From positions 104,254 through 168,253 of the forward strand of contig CAZLEV010000007.1 of assembly GCA_964558645.1 (NCBI GenBank): a stretch of DNA of 64,000 nt. Direction: 5' to 3'. Below, one piece after another: positions 52,437 through 62,877 of this stretch. Numbering within the stretch: position 1 is the stretch's first letter; every line of letters begins with the position of its first letter. Origin of the DNA: an uncultured archaeon. GTDB lineage: Archaea; Asgardarchaeota; Thorarchaeia; Thorarchaeales; Thorarchaeaceae. Made by a program: the position numbers and the translations under genes. The notes beneath the pieces are model-generated. The model did not search any database, was not told where the DNA came from, and was given only the letters and a program-made list of their open reading frames with translations.

Positions 52437-55190
52437 TTGACAATCGAGAAGGCTTCTGGCCCTAGCTCACAGACTGAACGAGAGGACGAAAAGACCCTGG
52501 CTGCACTCGTCATAGGTGGCGGCGTGGCAGGAATGCAGGCAGCACTTGATATCGCGGATCAAGGCTTCAAGACCTATTTGCTCGAGAAGTCCCCGTCCAT
52601 TGGGGGGCGAATGGCGGCAATTGACAAGACATTCCCGACGCTGGACTGCTCCGCATGCATTCTCACACCGCGTCTGAGTGACGTATCTCGTCATCCAAGA
52701 ATCGAGCTCCTCACGTATTCTGAGGTTCAGTCGATTCATGGTGAAGTGGGAGATTTTACAGTGCGAGTTAGGAGAAAAGCGAGGTATGTTGACGAAGACG
52801 CGTGTTCAGGATGCGGTGATTGCGTGTCGGTGTGTCCAGTAGAGCTCCCTAACGAGTTCGATGAATCTCTTGGATTCAGGAAAGCCATCTACACTCCATT
52901 TCCTCAAGCGACACCTAATGTCTACACCATCGACAAGAAAGGTGAGCCTGCATGCAGAGACACCTGTCCAGCCCGTGTCAATGCGCAAGGATTCATCACT
53001 ATGATGAAGAAGGGGGACTATGCTAGAGCTCTTGAGATTGTCAGAGACTCCATCCCGTTTCCTGGCGTCCTTGGCAGAGTCTGCATATCGTTCTGCGAGG
53101 GTGAGTGTGAGCGTGGTTATCTCGATGAGAGCATGAAAATACGGAACCTGCATAGGTTCCTTGCGGACTGGGAGCGATCACTGGATGTGGTGGAGCCAGT
53201 TGTGCCCAACATCGACAAAGAGGAGCAGGTTGCTGTTATCGGCTCTGGACCTGCGGGTATTAGCTGTGCATATCAGTTGGCGCGCAGGGGCTATCCAGTT
53301 ACCGTCTTTGAGAAGGAGCCGCTGCTTGGTGGTCTGCTAAGATATGCGATTCCAGAGTATCGACTGCCTCGCGACATACTCGATGAGGAGATACAGAGAG
53401 TCGTCGACCATGGTGTCAAGATGAGACCCAACACCCCAGTCGAGTCCATTGAAGACCTCAAGAAACGAGGATTCAAGGCCGTGTTCATCGCTAGTGGAAC
53501 TTGGGAATGCAATGAGATGGGGGTGAGAGGCGAGGACTCAGAGGGCGTTCTTCATTCCATGGAGTTTCTCAGAAAGGTAAACACTGGAGAACAGGTTGAC
53601 CTTGGAAGAAGGGTTGTGGTCATCGGAGGAGGAGATGCTGCAATAGACTCAGCCAGAGTTGCTGTTCGTCTGGGCGCTGAAGAGGTCACACTTGTCTATA
53701 GGCGGTCAGGTATAGAGATTCCTGCCATTCCAAGCGAGGTGGAAGATGCTAAAGAGGAAGGAGTCAAGTTCATGCTTCTGACCAATCCTACTGAATTCCT
53801 GTCATCAGATGGCAAACTGACTGGAATCAGATGCGTTAAGATGCGTCTTGGAGAACCTGACTACTCAGGCCGGAGAAGACCGATCCCAATTCAGAACTCT
53901 GACTTCACAATGGCAGTAGACACGGCCATCGTGGCAGTGGGCCAAAAGGCAGATATCCACGGTGTTCAGACCAATTGCGACTGCACGAAATGGGGCACTG
54001 TTACTGTCGATGAAGTCACGTTGCAGACCAGCGAACCTGGGGTATTTGCTGGAGGAGATATTGTCACAGGACCCCTCACAGCTGTGAAGGCTGTTGGTCA
54101 GGGGCGAGAGGCAGCCGAGTCTATCGATCGCTATCTAAGAGGAGTATCCCTTGAAGAGGGGAGAGCTGAACCTCTGCATCGGGTACAGTCCTATGAGGTC
54201 GATACAACTCACAAAGAACAGTCAAAGGGTGCTGTGATGCCGAAGCAGGGGTTAGCGTCGCGACGTAATAACTTCGCTGAGGTGGAACTAGGCTTCACTG
54301 AGGAAGTGGCCCGTCTTGAATCTGAACGCTGTCTTGGATGTGCCAATTGTTGCGAGTGCAAGCTCTGCGTGGATGCCTGCACGCGTGAGGCAATTGATCA
54401 CTCGATGAACGATGAGATACTTGACCTTGATGTCGGTGCCATTGTCTTGGCAACCGGTTACAGACTCTTCGATGTGTCACGATATCCGCAGTACGGCTAC
54501 GGCAAGTACCCCAATGTCATTCACGCCATGGAATACGAGCGTCTCATCAACGCGGCTGGACCCACCAAAGGGCATCTTGTTCGCCTTAGCGACGGCAAGA
54601 TTCCAGAGAATATTGGGTTCATTCAGTGTGTCGGGGCTCGTGATGTGAGTAAAGGTGTACCATACTGCTCACGTGTGTGCTGCATGTACGGGATTAAGAA
54701 TGCCGTGATGGCGAAAGAGCATCAACCAGAGTGCGAGGTCACCATGTACTATGCCGATATCCGGGCCTTCGGGAAGGGATTTGAGGAGTTCTACGAGATG
54801 GCTCGTACACGTTTCGGTGTGGACTTCGTCCGTGGTCGCGTGTCAGAAGTTAATGAGAACGAGGAGAACGGGAATCTGATTGTAAGAGTGGAGGATACTG
54901 AAAAAGAGGTTCTCCATAATGTCGAGCACGATTTGATTGTCCTGAGTCCGGGCATTCAACCGCCAGAGGGAATGAGCGATATGGTTGTGGAGCTGGGTAT
55001 GGATCTGGCAATTGATGGGTACATAGATGTGGCTGATCGGGTCATTACCCCAGTGGACACGAAGCTTGCTGGTGTGTTTGTGTGCGGATGTGCAGATGGG
55101 CCTAAGGACATTCCTGACTCAGTATCTGCCGGTAGTGCGGCAGCGATGAGAGCAACTATCATCCTTAACAAATATCAAGAGAAGAGTTAA
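52437..55190 (+). CDS. hdrA: HdrA-like flavoprotein with GltD/NfnB-type NAD(P)H module inserted in the ferredoxin domain (HdrL-like)
   Basis: GGGVAG, DKTFPTLDC, GSGPAG, GGGDAAID…YRRS, CSRVCC and GPKDIPDS. Confidence 0.85.
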   Translation: MTIEKASGPSSQTEREDEKTLAALVIGGGVAGMQAALDIADQGFKTYLLEKSPSIGGRMAAIDKTFPTLDCSACILTPRLSDVSRHPRIELLTYSEVQSIHGEVGDFTVRVRRKARYVDEDACSGCGDCVSVCPVELPNEFDESLGFRKAIYTPFPQATPNVYTIDKKGEPACRDTCPARVNAQGFITMMKKGDYARALEIVRDSIPFPGVLGRVCISFCEGECERGYLDESMKIRNLHRFLADWERSLDVVEPVVPNIDKEEQVAVIGSGPAGISCAYQLARRGYPVTVFEKEPLLGGLLRYAIPEYRLPRDILDEEIQRVVDHGVKMRPNTPVESIEDLKKRGFKAVFIASGTWECNEMGVRGEDSEGVLHSMEFLRKVNTGEQVDLGRRVVVIGGGDAAIDSARVAVRLGAEEVTLVYRRSGIEIPAIPSEVEDAKEEGVKFMLLTNPTEFLSSDGKLTGIRCVKMRLGEPDYSGRRRPIPIQNSDFTMAVDTAIVAVGQKADIHGVQTNCDCTKWGTVTVDEVTLQTSEPGVFAGGDIVTGPLTAVKAVGQGREAAESIDRYLRGVSLEEGRAEPLHRVQSYEVDTTHKEQSKGAVMPKQGLASRRNNFAEVELGFTEEVARLESERCLGCANCCECKLCVDACTREAIDHSMNDEILDLDVGAIVLATGYRLFDVSRYPQYGYGKYPNVIHAMEYERLINAAGPTKGHLVRLSDGKIPENIGFIQCVGARDVSKGVPYCSRVCCMYGIKNAVMAKEHQPECEVTMYYADIRAFGKGFEEFYEMARTRFGVDFVRGRVSEVNENEENGNLIVRVEDTEKEVLHNVEHDLIVLSPGIQPPEGMSDMVVELGMDLAIDGYIDVADRVITPVDTKLAGVFVCGCADGPKDIPDSVSAGSAAAMRATIILNKYQEKS

Positions 55191-55469
55191 AGGGGGGTTC
55201 CAGACCGCCATGTTGCTAGGTACCCTTCTGGAAGAAAGTAGCGAGGAATGTAAATTGTGTGCCCATGGGAATGCTCTGGATTGCCTTCTGGAGAGGTCTT
55301 CAAGGTTTCAGAGGCATGGAACGGCAGTCGAATGCTGTTCTCATGGTTGCGTACCCGCACGGAAGAACAAACATTTTGACACAACCATATACTTTTTTGT
55401 TGAAGTTTGTAACCAGCAGATTGAACCAATGGCAAAGAGCCTAGAATACCGGAAGGACGTGTAAACGGA

Positions 55470-55991
55470 ATGGTTGAAACAAAAGGTGAGCTGAAGCAAC
55501 CGTCTTTGCATCATCCGAGTTCAGATTTCTCGGAGGAGCTATCCAACGAACCCGGCGGGGAGGATATCACCAAGTGTATCCAGTGCGGTATGTGTACTGC
55601 AAGCTGTCTTGTAGCCAAGTACACAGACCGATATAGACCCCGAAGACTGATTCAGAAGATACTCCTGGGAAAACGCGAAGAAGTGTTGGACAGCGACCTA
55701 CCATGGTTGTGCATGACCTGCCGGCTATGTGAGGAACGATGTCAGGAAGGCGTGAGCCTGCCCGAGATCTTTAGCGCAGTGAGAAAGATAGCAGCAAGAG
55801 AAGGAAAGATTCCCAATGTATTCAAGAATACTGCAGGTATCGTTCTGAAGGACGGCTGGATGCTGAAGGAAGCATACAGTGACTTTGTTGAAGATGACCG
55901 TGATGACCTGGGCCTTGACACAGAGCTGAACTGGAATTGCGACTTCGTTCAGAGAGTGAAGGAGAAGTACTTCAAGGAGGATGTAGAGTAA
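55470..55991 (+). CDS. hdrC: Heterodisulfide reductase subunit C
   Basis: CIQCGMCTASC and WLCMTCRLCEERC. Confidence 0.9.
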   Translation: MVETKGELKQPSLHHPSSDFSEELSNEPGGEDITKCIQCGMCTASCLVAKYTDRYRPRRLIQKILLGKREEVLDSDLPWLCMTCRLCEERCQEGVSLPEIFSAVRKIAAREGKIPNVFKNTAGIVLKDGWMLKEAYSDFVEDDRDDLGLDTELNWNCDFVQRVKEKYFKEDVE

Positions 55992-56869
55992 TGAGAGAGT
56001 TCATGCTTTACACTGGCTGCACGACTCCAGTGCGGCTACCAGCATACGAAGCATCAGTGAGAGCTGTTCTTGAGAAGTTTGGCATTGAACTCACTACTAT
56101 GAAGGATGCAAATTGCTGTGGAGCTCAGTACGTTGAGTCTCTAAGCAGGCCAGCTTTTGCAGCACTTAGTGGTCGCATTCTTGCACTTGCAGAGCGAGAG
56201 GGTCTGGATATACTGGCGGTCTGTGGTGCTTGCTCAGGATCACTGAAGACAGTAAAACATGAGCTTGACTCGGACCGATATCTTCGTGCAGAAGTGAATG
56301 ACCTCCTGAAGGAGGAGGGTCTGGAGTACACCGGTAACATACGTGTCAAACATCTCCTGCAGATCTTCCAGGAGGATGTTGGTTACAATGCCATTGAAGA
56401 GGCCATCGTTCGACCCTACAATGGAATCAGGCTAGCGGCTCACTATGGGTGCCACGTAACAAGGCCGTATGAGATTGTTCAGGTTGACGACCCAGAGAAC
56501 CCTACAATCATCGATCGGATTATCAGAATAGCTGGTGGCACACCCGTAGACTATGTTGGAAAGACAAGGTGCTGCGGTGGGCCGATGCTTGCGGTTGACG
56601 AGTCTGTTGCGAATAATATCGGAATGGAGAAAATCAACAACCTTAGGGATGCTGGCGTGCAGGGTTTGGTCACGGCCTGTGTGTTCTGTGATATTCAGCT
56701 TACCCAAGTTCAGTTTGGCGAAGGAATGGAGCCGCAGAATAGAGTTCCCGTTCTCACGCTTCCCCAGTTTCTTGGACCTGCCATTGGGATTGACGTAGAC
56801 AGTCTTGGAACGTATCTCAACAAGATACCTCCAGATGATATCTTCGCATCGATGGCGGAGGCTAGATGA
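55991..56869 (+). CDS. hdrB: Heterodisulfide reductase subunit B
   Basis: YTGC, NCCG, HYGCH, RCCGG and ACVFC; ATG overlaps the hdrC TAA. Confidence 0.9.
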   Translation: MREFMLYTGCTTPVRLPAYEASVRAVLEKFGIELTTMKDANCCGAQYVESLSRPAFAALSGRILALAEREGLDILAVCGACSGSLKTVKHELDSDRYLRAEVNDLLKEEGLEYTGNIRVKHLLQIFQEDVGYNAIEEAIVRPYNGIRLAAHYGCHVTRPYEIVQVDDPENPTIIDRIIRIAGGTPVDYVGKTRCCGGPMLAVDESVANNIGMEKINNLRDAGVQGLVTACVFCDIQLTQVQFGEGMEPQNRVPVLTLPQFLGPAIGIDVDSLGTYLNKIPPDDIFASMAEAR

Positions 56870-58167
56870 TGTCAGACAAGAAACCCAATAACAGCGCATT
56901 AGTAGTCGGAGGTGGAGTTGCCGGAATGCAGGCAGCTCTGGATATCGCAAATCAAGGATACAAAGTCTATCTCATTGAGAAGTCACCTACCATCGGCGGT
57001 CGAATGGCTCAATTGGACAAGACATTTCCCACTCTTGATTGTTCAGCATGTATACTCACACCAAGACTGAGTGAGGTCTCGCGTCATCCCAATATCGAGC
57101 TGATTACGAACGCGGATCTGGAGGCCGTATCAGGGAAGATTGGGGATTTTAGAGTCACTGTAATCAAGCGCTCACGCTACGTAGATGAAGAGAAATGTGC
57201 TGGTTGTGGAGATTGTACGGCGGTATGTCCAGTTGAAGTCCCGAATGAGTTTGACCGCGGGCTCGGAATAAGAAAGGCAATCTATACCCCCTTTCCACAG
57301 GCTACGCCAAATGTGTACACGATAGATATGGAAAGCTGCATTCGATGCAAGCGGTGCATAAACGAGTGTGAAAGAGATGCTATCGATCTGGAAATGCAGG
57401 ACGAAAGACTAGATTTCAAAGTAGGCGCAATCGTGTTAGCAACAGGTTATGAAATGTTTGACGTCAGCCGCTATCCTCGTCTGGGTTATGCTAGGATTCC
57501 AGATGTTATTGAGGCCATGGAATATGAACGGCTGATAAACGCTGCAGGTCCAACGCATGGGCATCTCATCCGACTCAGCGATGGCAAGATTCCAAAATCC
57601 ATAGGGTTTGTCCAGTGCGTCGGAGCCAGAGATGTCGCAAAAGGGGTGCCTTACTGTTCACGCGTGTGCTGCATGTACGGGATCAAGAACGCCGTGATGG
57701 CCAAGGAACACCTTCCAGATGCTGAAGTAAACATATACTATGCCGACATCCGGGCCTTTGGAAAGGGTTTCGAGGAGTTCTACGAGATGGCCCGTACACG
57801 TTTCGGTGTCAACTTCATTCGGGGTCGGGTTGCAGAGGTCACGAGGACGAAGGAGGGTCGATTGGCAGTAAAGGTTGAGGATACACTTTCAGCGAAGCCT
57901 ATGGATGTTGAGCATGACCTTGTTGTTCTGAGTCCTGGCATCGTTCCTCCTGAGGACCTTCTTACAATGTCGAAGAAACTGGGCGTGTCTGTCCGTGATG
58001 ACGGATATGTCGACGTATCACACCATTACTTCGGTCCGGTCGACACAAAGATGCCCGGTATCTTTGTCTGTGGGTGTGCAGACGGCCCAAAGGACATTCC
58101 TGACTCGGTAACGGCTGGCAGTGCAGCTGCGATGAAAGCCACGATTATATTGGCTCAGGGAGGCTAG
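56866..58167 (+). CDS. hdrA: HdrA core subunit (FAD + inserted ferredoxin, lacking N- and C-terminal domains)
   Basis: DKTFPTLDC, two CxxCxxC motifs, CSRVCCMYGIK and GPKDIPDS. Confidence 0.88.
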   Translation: MMSDKKPNNSALVVGGGVAGMQAALDIANQGYKVYLIEKSPTIGGRMAQLDKTFPTLDCSACILTPRLSEVSRHPNIELITNADLEAVSGKIGDFRVTVIKRSRYVDEEKCAGCGDCTAVCPVEVPNEFDRGLGIRKAIYTPFPQATPNVYTIDMESCIRCKRCINECERDAIDLEMQDERLDFKVGAIVLATGYEMFDVSRYPRLGYARIPDVIEAMEYERLINAAGPTHGHLIRLSDGKIPKSIGFVQCVGARDVAKGVPYCSRVCCMYGIKNAVMAKEHLPDAEVNIYYADIRAFGKGFEEFYEMARTRFGVNFIRGRVAEVTRTKEGRLAVKVEDTLSAKPMDVEHDLVVLSPGIVPPEDLLTMSKKLGVSVRDDGYVDVSHHYFGPVDTKMPGIFVCGCADGPKDIPDSVTAGSAAAMKATIILAQGG

Positions 58168-58172
58168 TCAAT

Positions 58173-59948
58173 TTGACAGAAGCCAGTGAGAAAGTTAAGA
58201 CAAAAGAGAAGACAGAACCACGCATTGGAGTATTTGTCTGCCACTGCGGGCACAATATTGCTGGTGTGGTGGATGTGGAAGAGGTTGCAGAGAAGGCGAA
58301 GAGCCTACCTGGAGTGGTCTTCAGCACTCATGAGATGTTCATGTGTGCCGATGCGGGACAACAGCTCATAAAGGACAAGATAGAAGAGATGAACCTCAAC
58401 CGGGTCGTTGTTGCAAGCTGTTCTCCACGAATGCATGAACCAACCTTCAGACGTGTGGTTGAAGCTGCAGGACTGAATCGTTACCTGTTTGAACAGGTGA
58501 ATCTGAGAGAACACGTATCCTGGTGTCACATGCGACAGCCTGAAGCCGCCACTGAGAAGGCTTGGGACTTGGTTCGAATGTCCGTTGCACGGGCTCGCGA
58601 ACTAGAAAATCTCCCCATCAAGGAGGTTGACGTGACTCCGAGGGCTCTGGTAGTCGGCGGAGGCATCGCTGGGCTACGGGCTGCACTGGATATAGCTGAC
58701 CGTGGCTTCGAAGCCGTCCTTGTGGAGAAGGACGATGAGCTCGGTGGCCATGTAAAGAAATGGACTCATCTGTTTCCTGCTGACGAGTCGGGTGCGCAGG
58801 TCATCTCCCCCCTCATAAGGCATGTCGAGAAACACAAACTCATCGACGTGATGACCAGTAGCAAGGTTGCCGAATTCGACGGATACATCGGGAATTTCAC
58901 GGTGAAGATAAAGAACCTCAAGACAGACAAGATAAAGACGGTCGAGGTGGGCGCAGTGGTAGTTGCCACCGGATTCAAGCCGTTTGAACCAGAAGGGTAC
59001 TATGCCTATGGTCAGTCCGAAGACATAGTCACACTGGCTGAACTCCAGGAACTCCCCCCCAGAGCAGAATTGAGACGTCCTAGTGACGGAAGATTGGTGA
59101 AGAAGCTAGCGTTCGTCGGATGTGTTGGTTCGAGGGAGCCCGGCAAGAAGGGGCACGAGCACTGTTCCAGACATTGTTGTTCTGCAGTAGCGCAGGCATC
59201 TGCAGACTTGAAAGAGAGAGTTGACCAAGTACTCATTCTCTATCAGGATATCCGAACCTATGGTCGAGGTCACGAGGAGCTACATAGACTTGCATTGAGC
59301 AAGCATGTGATCTATTCGAAGTTTCCACGTGAAGAAAAACCAGAGGTCGATGTTGACGATGATGGGAATATCAAAGTCACCTGGAAGGATGTCTTATCAG
59401 GAGACAAACTTGAGTTCGATGCCGATATGCTCGTACTTGCAACTGCTATGATTCCCCCCGAAGATGTAGCAGAGACTGCGAGTCTTTTCAGCCTCACCAG
59501 AAGCGGTGATGGGTTCTTCAATCCGGAGCATATCAAACTGGCTCCACTTACGACTCACACTGCAGGAGTCATGATTGCAGGAGCGGCTCAGGCTGCAAAG
59601 AATGCATCTGAATCAGTCATTGATGCTAGTGGCGCCGCAGCAAAGGCTGTGGGTCTCATGGCCCGGGGAAAGGTGGAGATTGAGTCAACTGTTTCTCATG
59701 TTGTCTCTGATCTCTGCTCTGCATGTCACACATGTATCACCACTTGTCCATACGGTGCAATATCGATGGATGAAGAACACAACCCCCCTGTGGCCTTCGT
59801 AACAGAAGCGAAGTGTCACGGATGCGGTACGTGCGCTGCTGCTTGTCCCAGCAACGCAATCATCATGTACCATTCCACAGATAATCAGATCATGGCGATG
59901 ATCGAAGCGTATCTGTGTCCCAGCGATATCGAAGAAGGAGGTTCGTAG
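58173..59948 (+). CDS. hdrA: HdrA subunit with N-terminal and C-terminal ferredoxin domains but no inserted ferredoxin
   Basis: GVFVCHCGHNI, ASCSPRMHE, CSRHCC, CSACHTC and CHGCGTCAAACP. Confidence 0.88.
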   Translation: MTEASEKVKTKEKTEPRIGVFVCHCGHNIAGVVDVEEVAEKAKSLPGVVFSTHEMFMCADAGQQLIKDKIEEMNLNRVVVASCSPRMHEPTFRRVVEAAGLNRYLFEQVNLREHVSWCHMRQPEAATEKAWDLVRMSVARARELENLPIKEVDVTPRALVVGGGIAGLRAALDIADRGFEAVLVEKDDELGGHVKKWTHLFPADESGAQVISPLIRHVEKHKLIDVMTSSKVAEFDGYIGNFTVKIKNLKTDKIKTVEVGAVVVATGFKPFEPEGYYAYGQSEDIVTLAELQELPPRAELRRPSDGRLVKKLAFVGCVGSREPGKKGHEHCSRHCCSAVAQASADLKERVDQVLILYQDIRTYGRGHEELHRLALSKHVIYSKFPREEKPEVDVDDDGNIKVTWKDVLSGDKLEFDADMLVLATAMIPPEDVAETASLFSLTRSGDGFFNPEHIKLAPLTTHTAGVMIAGAAQAAKNASESVIDASGAAAKAVGLMARGKVEIESTVSHVVSDLCSACHTCITTCPYGAISMDEEHNPPVAFVTEAKCHGCGTCAAACPSNAIIMYHSTDNQIMAMIEAYLCPSDIEEGGS

Positions 59949-60392
59949 TTGACTCAGGCTAAGGCAAAGACCGAATCTGAACACGAGTGGACACCTCGCA
60001 TCGTAGCATACTGCTGCAACTGGTGTTCGTATGCAGGTGCCGACCTGGCTGGTACCAGTAGGATACAGTACCCACCCAACGCAAGAATAGTTCGTGTGAA
60101 CTGTACAGGTCGGATAAGTCCCGAGTTCATTCTGGCGGCTCTTGACATGGGCGCTGATGGCGTTCTGGTATCGGGGTGCCATCCGGGTGATTGTCACTAC
60201 ACAAGCGGCAATCTGAAGCTCAGGGCAAGATGGGCCCTGATGGAGCGAGCCATTGAACAGGCAGGTGTAGACACCCGGAGGATAAGACTACAGTGGGCTA
60301 GTGCATCAGAAGGACAGGTGTTTGCCGATGGGGTGGAGAAGCTGGTGGAACAGGTCAAAGAGGTTGGACCGATTCAGGAGGAATGGAAATGA
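59949..60392 (+). CDS. mvhD: [2Fe-2S] hydrogenase subunit D
   Basis: CCNWCSYAGAD, CTGR and GCHPGDCHY, all encoded by Cys codons. Confidence 0.93.
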   Translation: MTQAKAKTESEHEWTPRIVAYCCNWCSYAGADLAGTSRIQYPPNARIVRVNCTGRISPEFILAALDMGADGVLVSGCHPGDCHYTSGNLKLRARWALMERAIEQAGVDTRRIRLQWASASEGQVFADGVEKLVEQVKEVGPIQEEWK

Positions 60393-60631
60393 GTCTCTTT
60401 CAGAAGTACTTTGATCAGAAACGCGGAGAAATACGGAAACAAAGAAAGGCGATCAGCGAGGCTCTAGAAAGCGGACCAAAGACTATCAGTGCCATTGCCA
60501 AGATTACAGAGTTCCCCACTCAATTGATTCTCTGGAACCTCTTGGCAATGATGCGATGGAATGAGGTTGCGGTTTCTGGCGAGGAAGATGATGAGTTGGT
60601 CTACAAACTCTCGGAGGCATCAGAAGAGTGA
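60389..60631 (+). CDS. Small winged-helix-like protein inside the mvh operon
   Basis: ATGA/GTGA overlaps on both sides; ALESGPKTISAIAKIT HTH-like segment. Confidence 0.7.
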   Translation: MSLFQKYFDQKRGEIRKQRKAISEALESGPKTISAIAKITEFPTQLILWNLLAMMRWNEVAVSGEEDDELVYKLSEASEE

Positions 60632-61551
60632 CAGACAAGGTCTCAGTAGCATTGATGCAAGGTTCCTCTTGCTGGGGCTGCTTTCAGAGCCTTGTTGACA
60701 TCCATCTGCGTCTGGCAGAGGTCTTGCCTCTGCTTGACATCAAGTTTTGGGCTGCGGTTGCAGATTTCAAGCACAAGCACCTCGAGAGTTATCCTGACCA
60801 GTCTATAGATGTTGGTCTGTATGAAGGAGCTGCAAGGACAGAGGAGGACATTCATAATCTCAAGTTGATGCGAGAGAAATGCAAGACGCTGATATCTTTT
60901 GGTTCTTGTTCATGCTTCGGCGGTATACCCGGTCTTGCAAACTTCTCAGACATCGAAGAATGCTATGATGTCAAGTTCAGAAACAACAAGACTGTCCAGA
61001 ATGGCAAAGTACCCCATGAGAACGTTCCTCCCATAGCAGCGGTGATAAAGCCAAACAACCAGTATGTGGATTTTGACGTCTACTTACCCGGTTGTCCTCC
61101 AACTTCCGACTTGATTTATACTGCTCTTACCTCGCTCATCCAAGGCAAAGAGCTGGAATTGGACCCACACACAGTCTGCCACTATTGCGATCGTGACAAA
61201 CAGGAGACTCCAATTCCCCACGTCTTACGTCCCTTTGATGGAAATGCTGATCCAGATAGATGCCTTCTCGAACAGGGATACATCTGCATGGGCTCAGCCA
61301 CGTGGGGCCTCTGTGAGGGCCAGTGTGTGAACAAAGGCGCAACATGTCGCGGATGCTTTGGACCTCCTCCGCCCATCATGCAGGACCAGGGTGCCAACGG
61401 TATAGGAATGCTTGGTTCTTACGCACCGCTCGAACCAGATGAGATCACGAAGACGGTTAAGGATCCTCTTGGATTGTTCTGGAGATTCACTTACGCAACG
61501 AGTCATCTAGGAAGCATCCGTATCAAACGAGAGGAGGCTAAGCAACAATGA
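60628..61551 (+). CDS. mvhG: Group 3c [NiFe] hydrogenase small subunit
   Basis: SCWGC, GSCSCFGG, PGCPP and CLLEQGYICMG. Confidence 0.92.
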   Translation: MTDKVSVALMQGSSCWGCFQSLVDIHLRLAEVLPLLDIKFWAAVADFKHKHLESYPDQSIDVGLYEGAARTEEDIHNLKLMREKCKTLISFGSCSCFGGIPGLANFSDIEECYDVKFRNNKTVQNGKVPHENVPPIAAVIKPNNQYVDFDVYLPGCPPTSDLIYTALTSLIQGKELELDPHTVCHYCDRDKQETPIPHVLRPFDGNADPDRCLLEQGYICMGSATWGLCEGQCVNKGATCRGCFGPPPPIMQDQGANGIGMLGSYAPLEPDEITKTVKDPLGLFWRFTYATSHLGSIRIKREEAKQQ

Positions 61552-62864
61552 CCGATGAGCGAGTTGTCAAGATAGATCCAGTTACGCGTCTTGAAGGACA
61601 TGGGGCACTGACTCTGAAGATGGGAACTGATGGAAAGGTGAAAGACGTTCAGTTCAATGTGCAGAGTACTCGGTTCTTTGAGAAGTTCCTCGAAGGGCGA
61701 CCGATGGAAGAAGCCATCAGGATTGCGCCTAGAATCTGTGGTATCTGTCCCATTCCTCATCACCTCGCTTCCGTCAAGACAGTTGAGGATGCCTGGGATG
61801 TAACGCCACCCCCTGCAGCCATCAAGCTTAGAAGACTCCTGATAGAAGCAAAGCAGCTCTCATCTCACGCAATCCATTTCTATGCACTCGCGGCCCCCGA
61901 CTTCGTGTTTGGCCCATTTGCAGACCCCGCGGTAAGGAATGTCGCAGCTGTTCTGAAACATTTGCCTGATGTAGCAGTTCAGGCAATCAAGCTGATGCAG
62001 TTTGGCCAAGAGTTGTGTAGAACAATCGGAGCCAAGGCCATCCATCCCACGACAGCTATTCCTGGCGGAATGCTCTCCCCACTCAAGGAAGAGGAGCGTG
62101 ATCACTGGCTTGGCGAAGTGCCAGAGATGCTTGAGAACATCAACAAGACAGTCGACTTGGCCAAGACGGTTGTGAATGATTATCTTGATGTGATCACCAA
62201 GGTGGCTGTCACTCCGACATACTACATTGGTCTCACAAACGATGGCGTCTTGGACATATACGACGGCACCGTTCGGGTCATGGCCCCTGACGGTGAGATA
62301 GTCGCAGACTTTGAACCGCAGGATTACACAGACTATTACGGAGAACACATACCTGACCATTCCTATGCAACGCACATCTACTACAAACCCGCCGGATACC
62401 CCGAAGGGATCTGGAGGGCCAATACTCTCGCCCGCTGCAATGTTGCAGATAAGATGGCGACACCCCTGGCTCAGGCGGCTCTGGAGGAGATGCGTGAACT
62501 CGTTGGGCGTCCCTCTCATCATACTTTCGCCTACCATTACGCCCGGGTTGTTGAGATGGTTCAGGCTGCTGAATGGATCAAGACGCTTCTGGAGGACCCT
62601 GATATCGTCAGCACTGACGTAAAACTCGCTGATGTGGAGCCAAAGGCCGGCGAGGGTGTTGGCATCGTTGAGGCACCTCGTGGAACACTGTTACATAATT
62701 ACGAGTGCGATGAGGAGGGAATAATCACCAAGGCGAATCTCATCGTGGCGACAAACAATAATATCGCTGGCATCGAAAAGAGCCTCATGGATGCTGCGAA
62801 ACTGATCTTCGAGAAAGAGGGACACAAGGAACTAGACCTACCTGAACCCATGGTCAAGACATAG
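61548..62864 (+). CDS. mvhA: Group 3c [NiFe(Se)] hydrogenase large subunit lacking the C-terminal L2 motif
   Basis: RLEGH, RICGICP and EAPRG present; no DPCxxC before the stop. Confidence 0.92.
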   Translation: MTDERVVKIDPVTRLEGHGALTLKMGTDGKVKDVQFNVQSTRFFEKFLEGRPMEEAIRIAPRICGICPIPHHLASVKTVEDAWDVTPPPAAIKLRRLLIEAKQLSSHAIHFYALAAPDFVFGPFADPAVRNVAAVLKHLPDVAVQAIKLMQFGQELCRTIGAKAIHPTTAIPGGMLSPLKEEERDHWLGEVPEMLENINKTVDLAKTVVNDYLDVITKVAVTPTYYIGLTNDGVLDIYDGTVRVMAPDGEIVADFEPQDYTDYYGEHIPDHSYATHIYYKPAGYPEGIWRANTLARCNVADKMATPLAQAALEEMRELVGRPSHHTFAYHYARVVEMVQAAEWIKTLLEDPDIVSTDVKLADVEPKAGEGVGIVEAPRGTLLHNYECDEEGIITKANLIVATNNNIAGIEKSLMDAAKLIFEKEGHKELDLPEPMVKT

Positions 62865-62877
62865 GTGAACAATCAAG

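Noticed and set aside
55187-55464. Short Cys-rich ORFs between hdrA and hdrC
   Set aside because: Overlapping frames with no Fe-S motif spacing; more likely intergenic or promoter DNA
52437-60392. Sec in HdrA or MvhD, as in some other archaea
   Set aside because: The reading frames are uninterrupted and the motif positions use Cys codons
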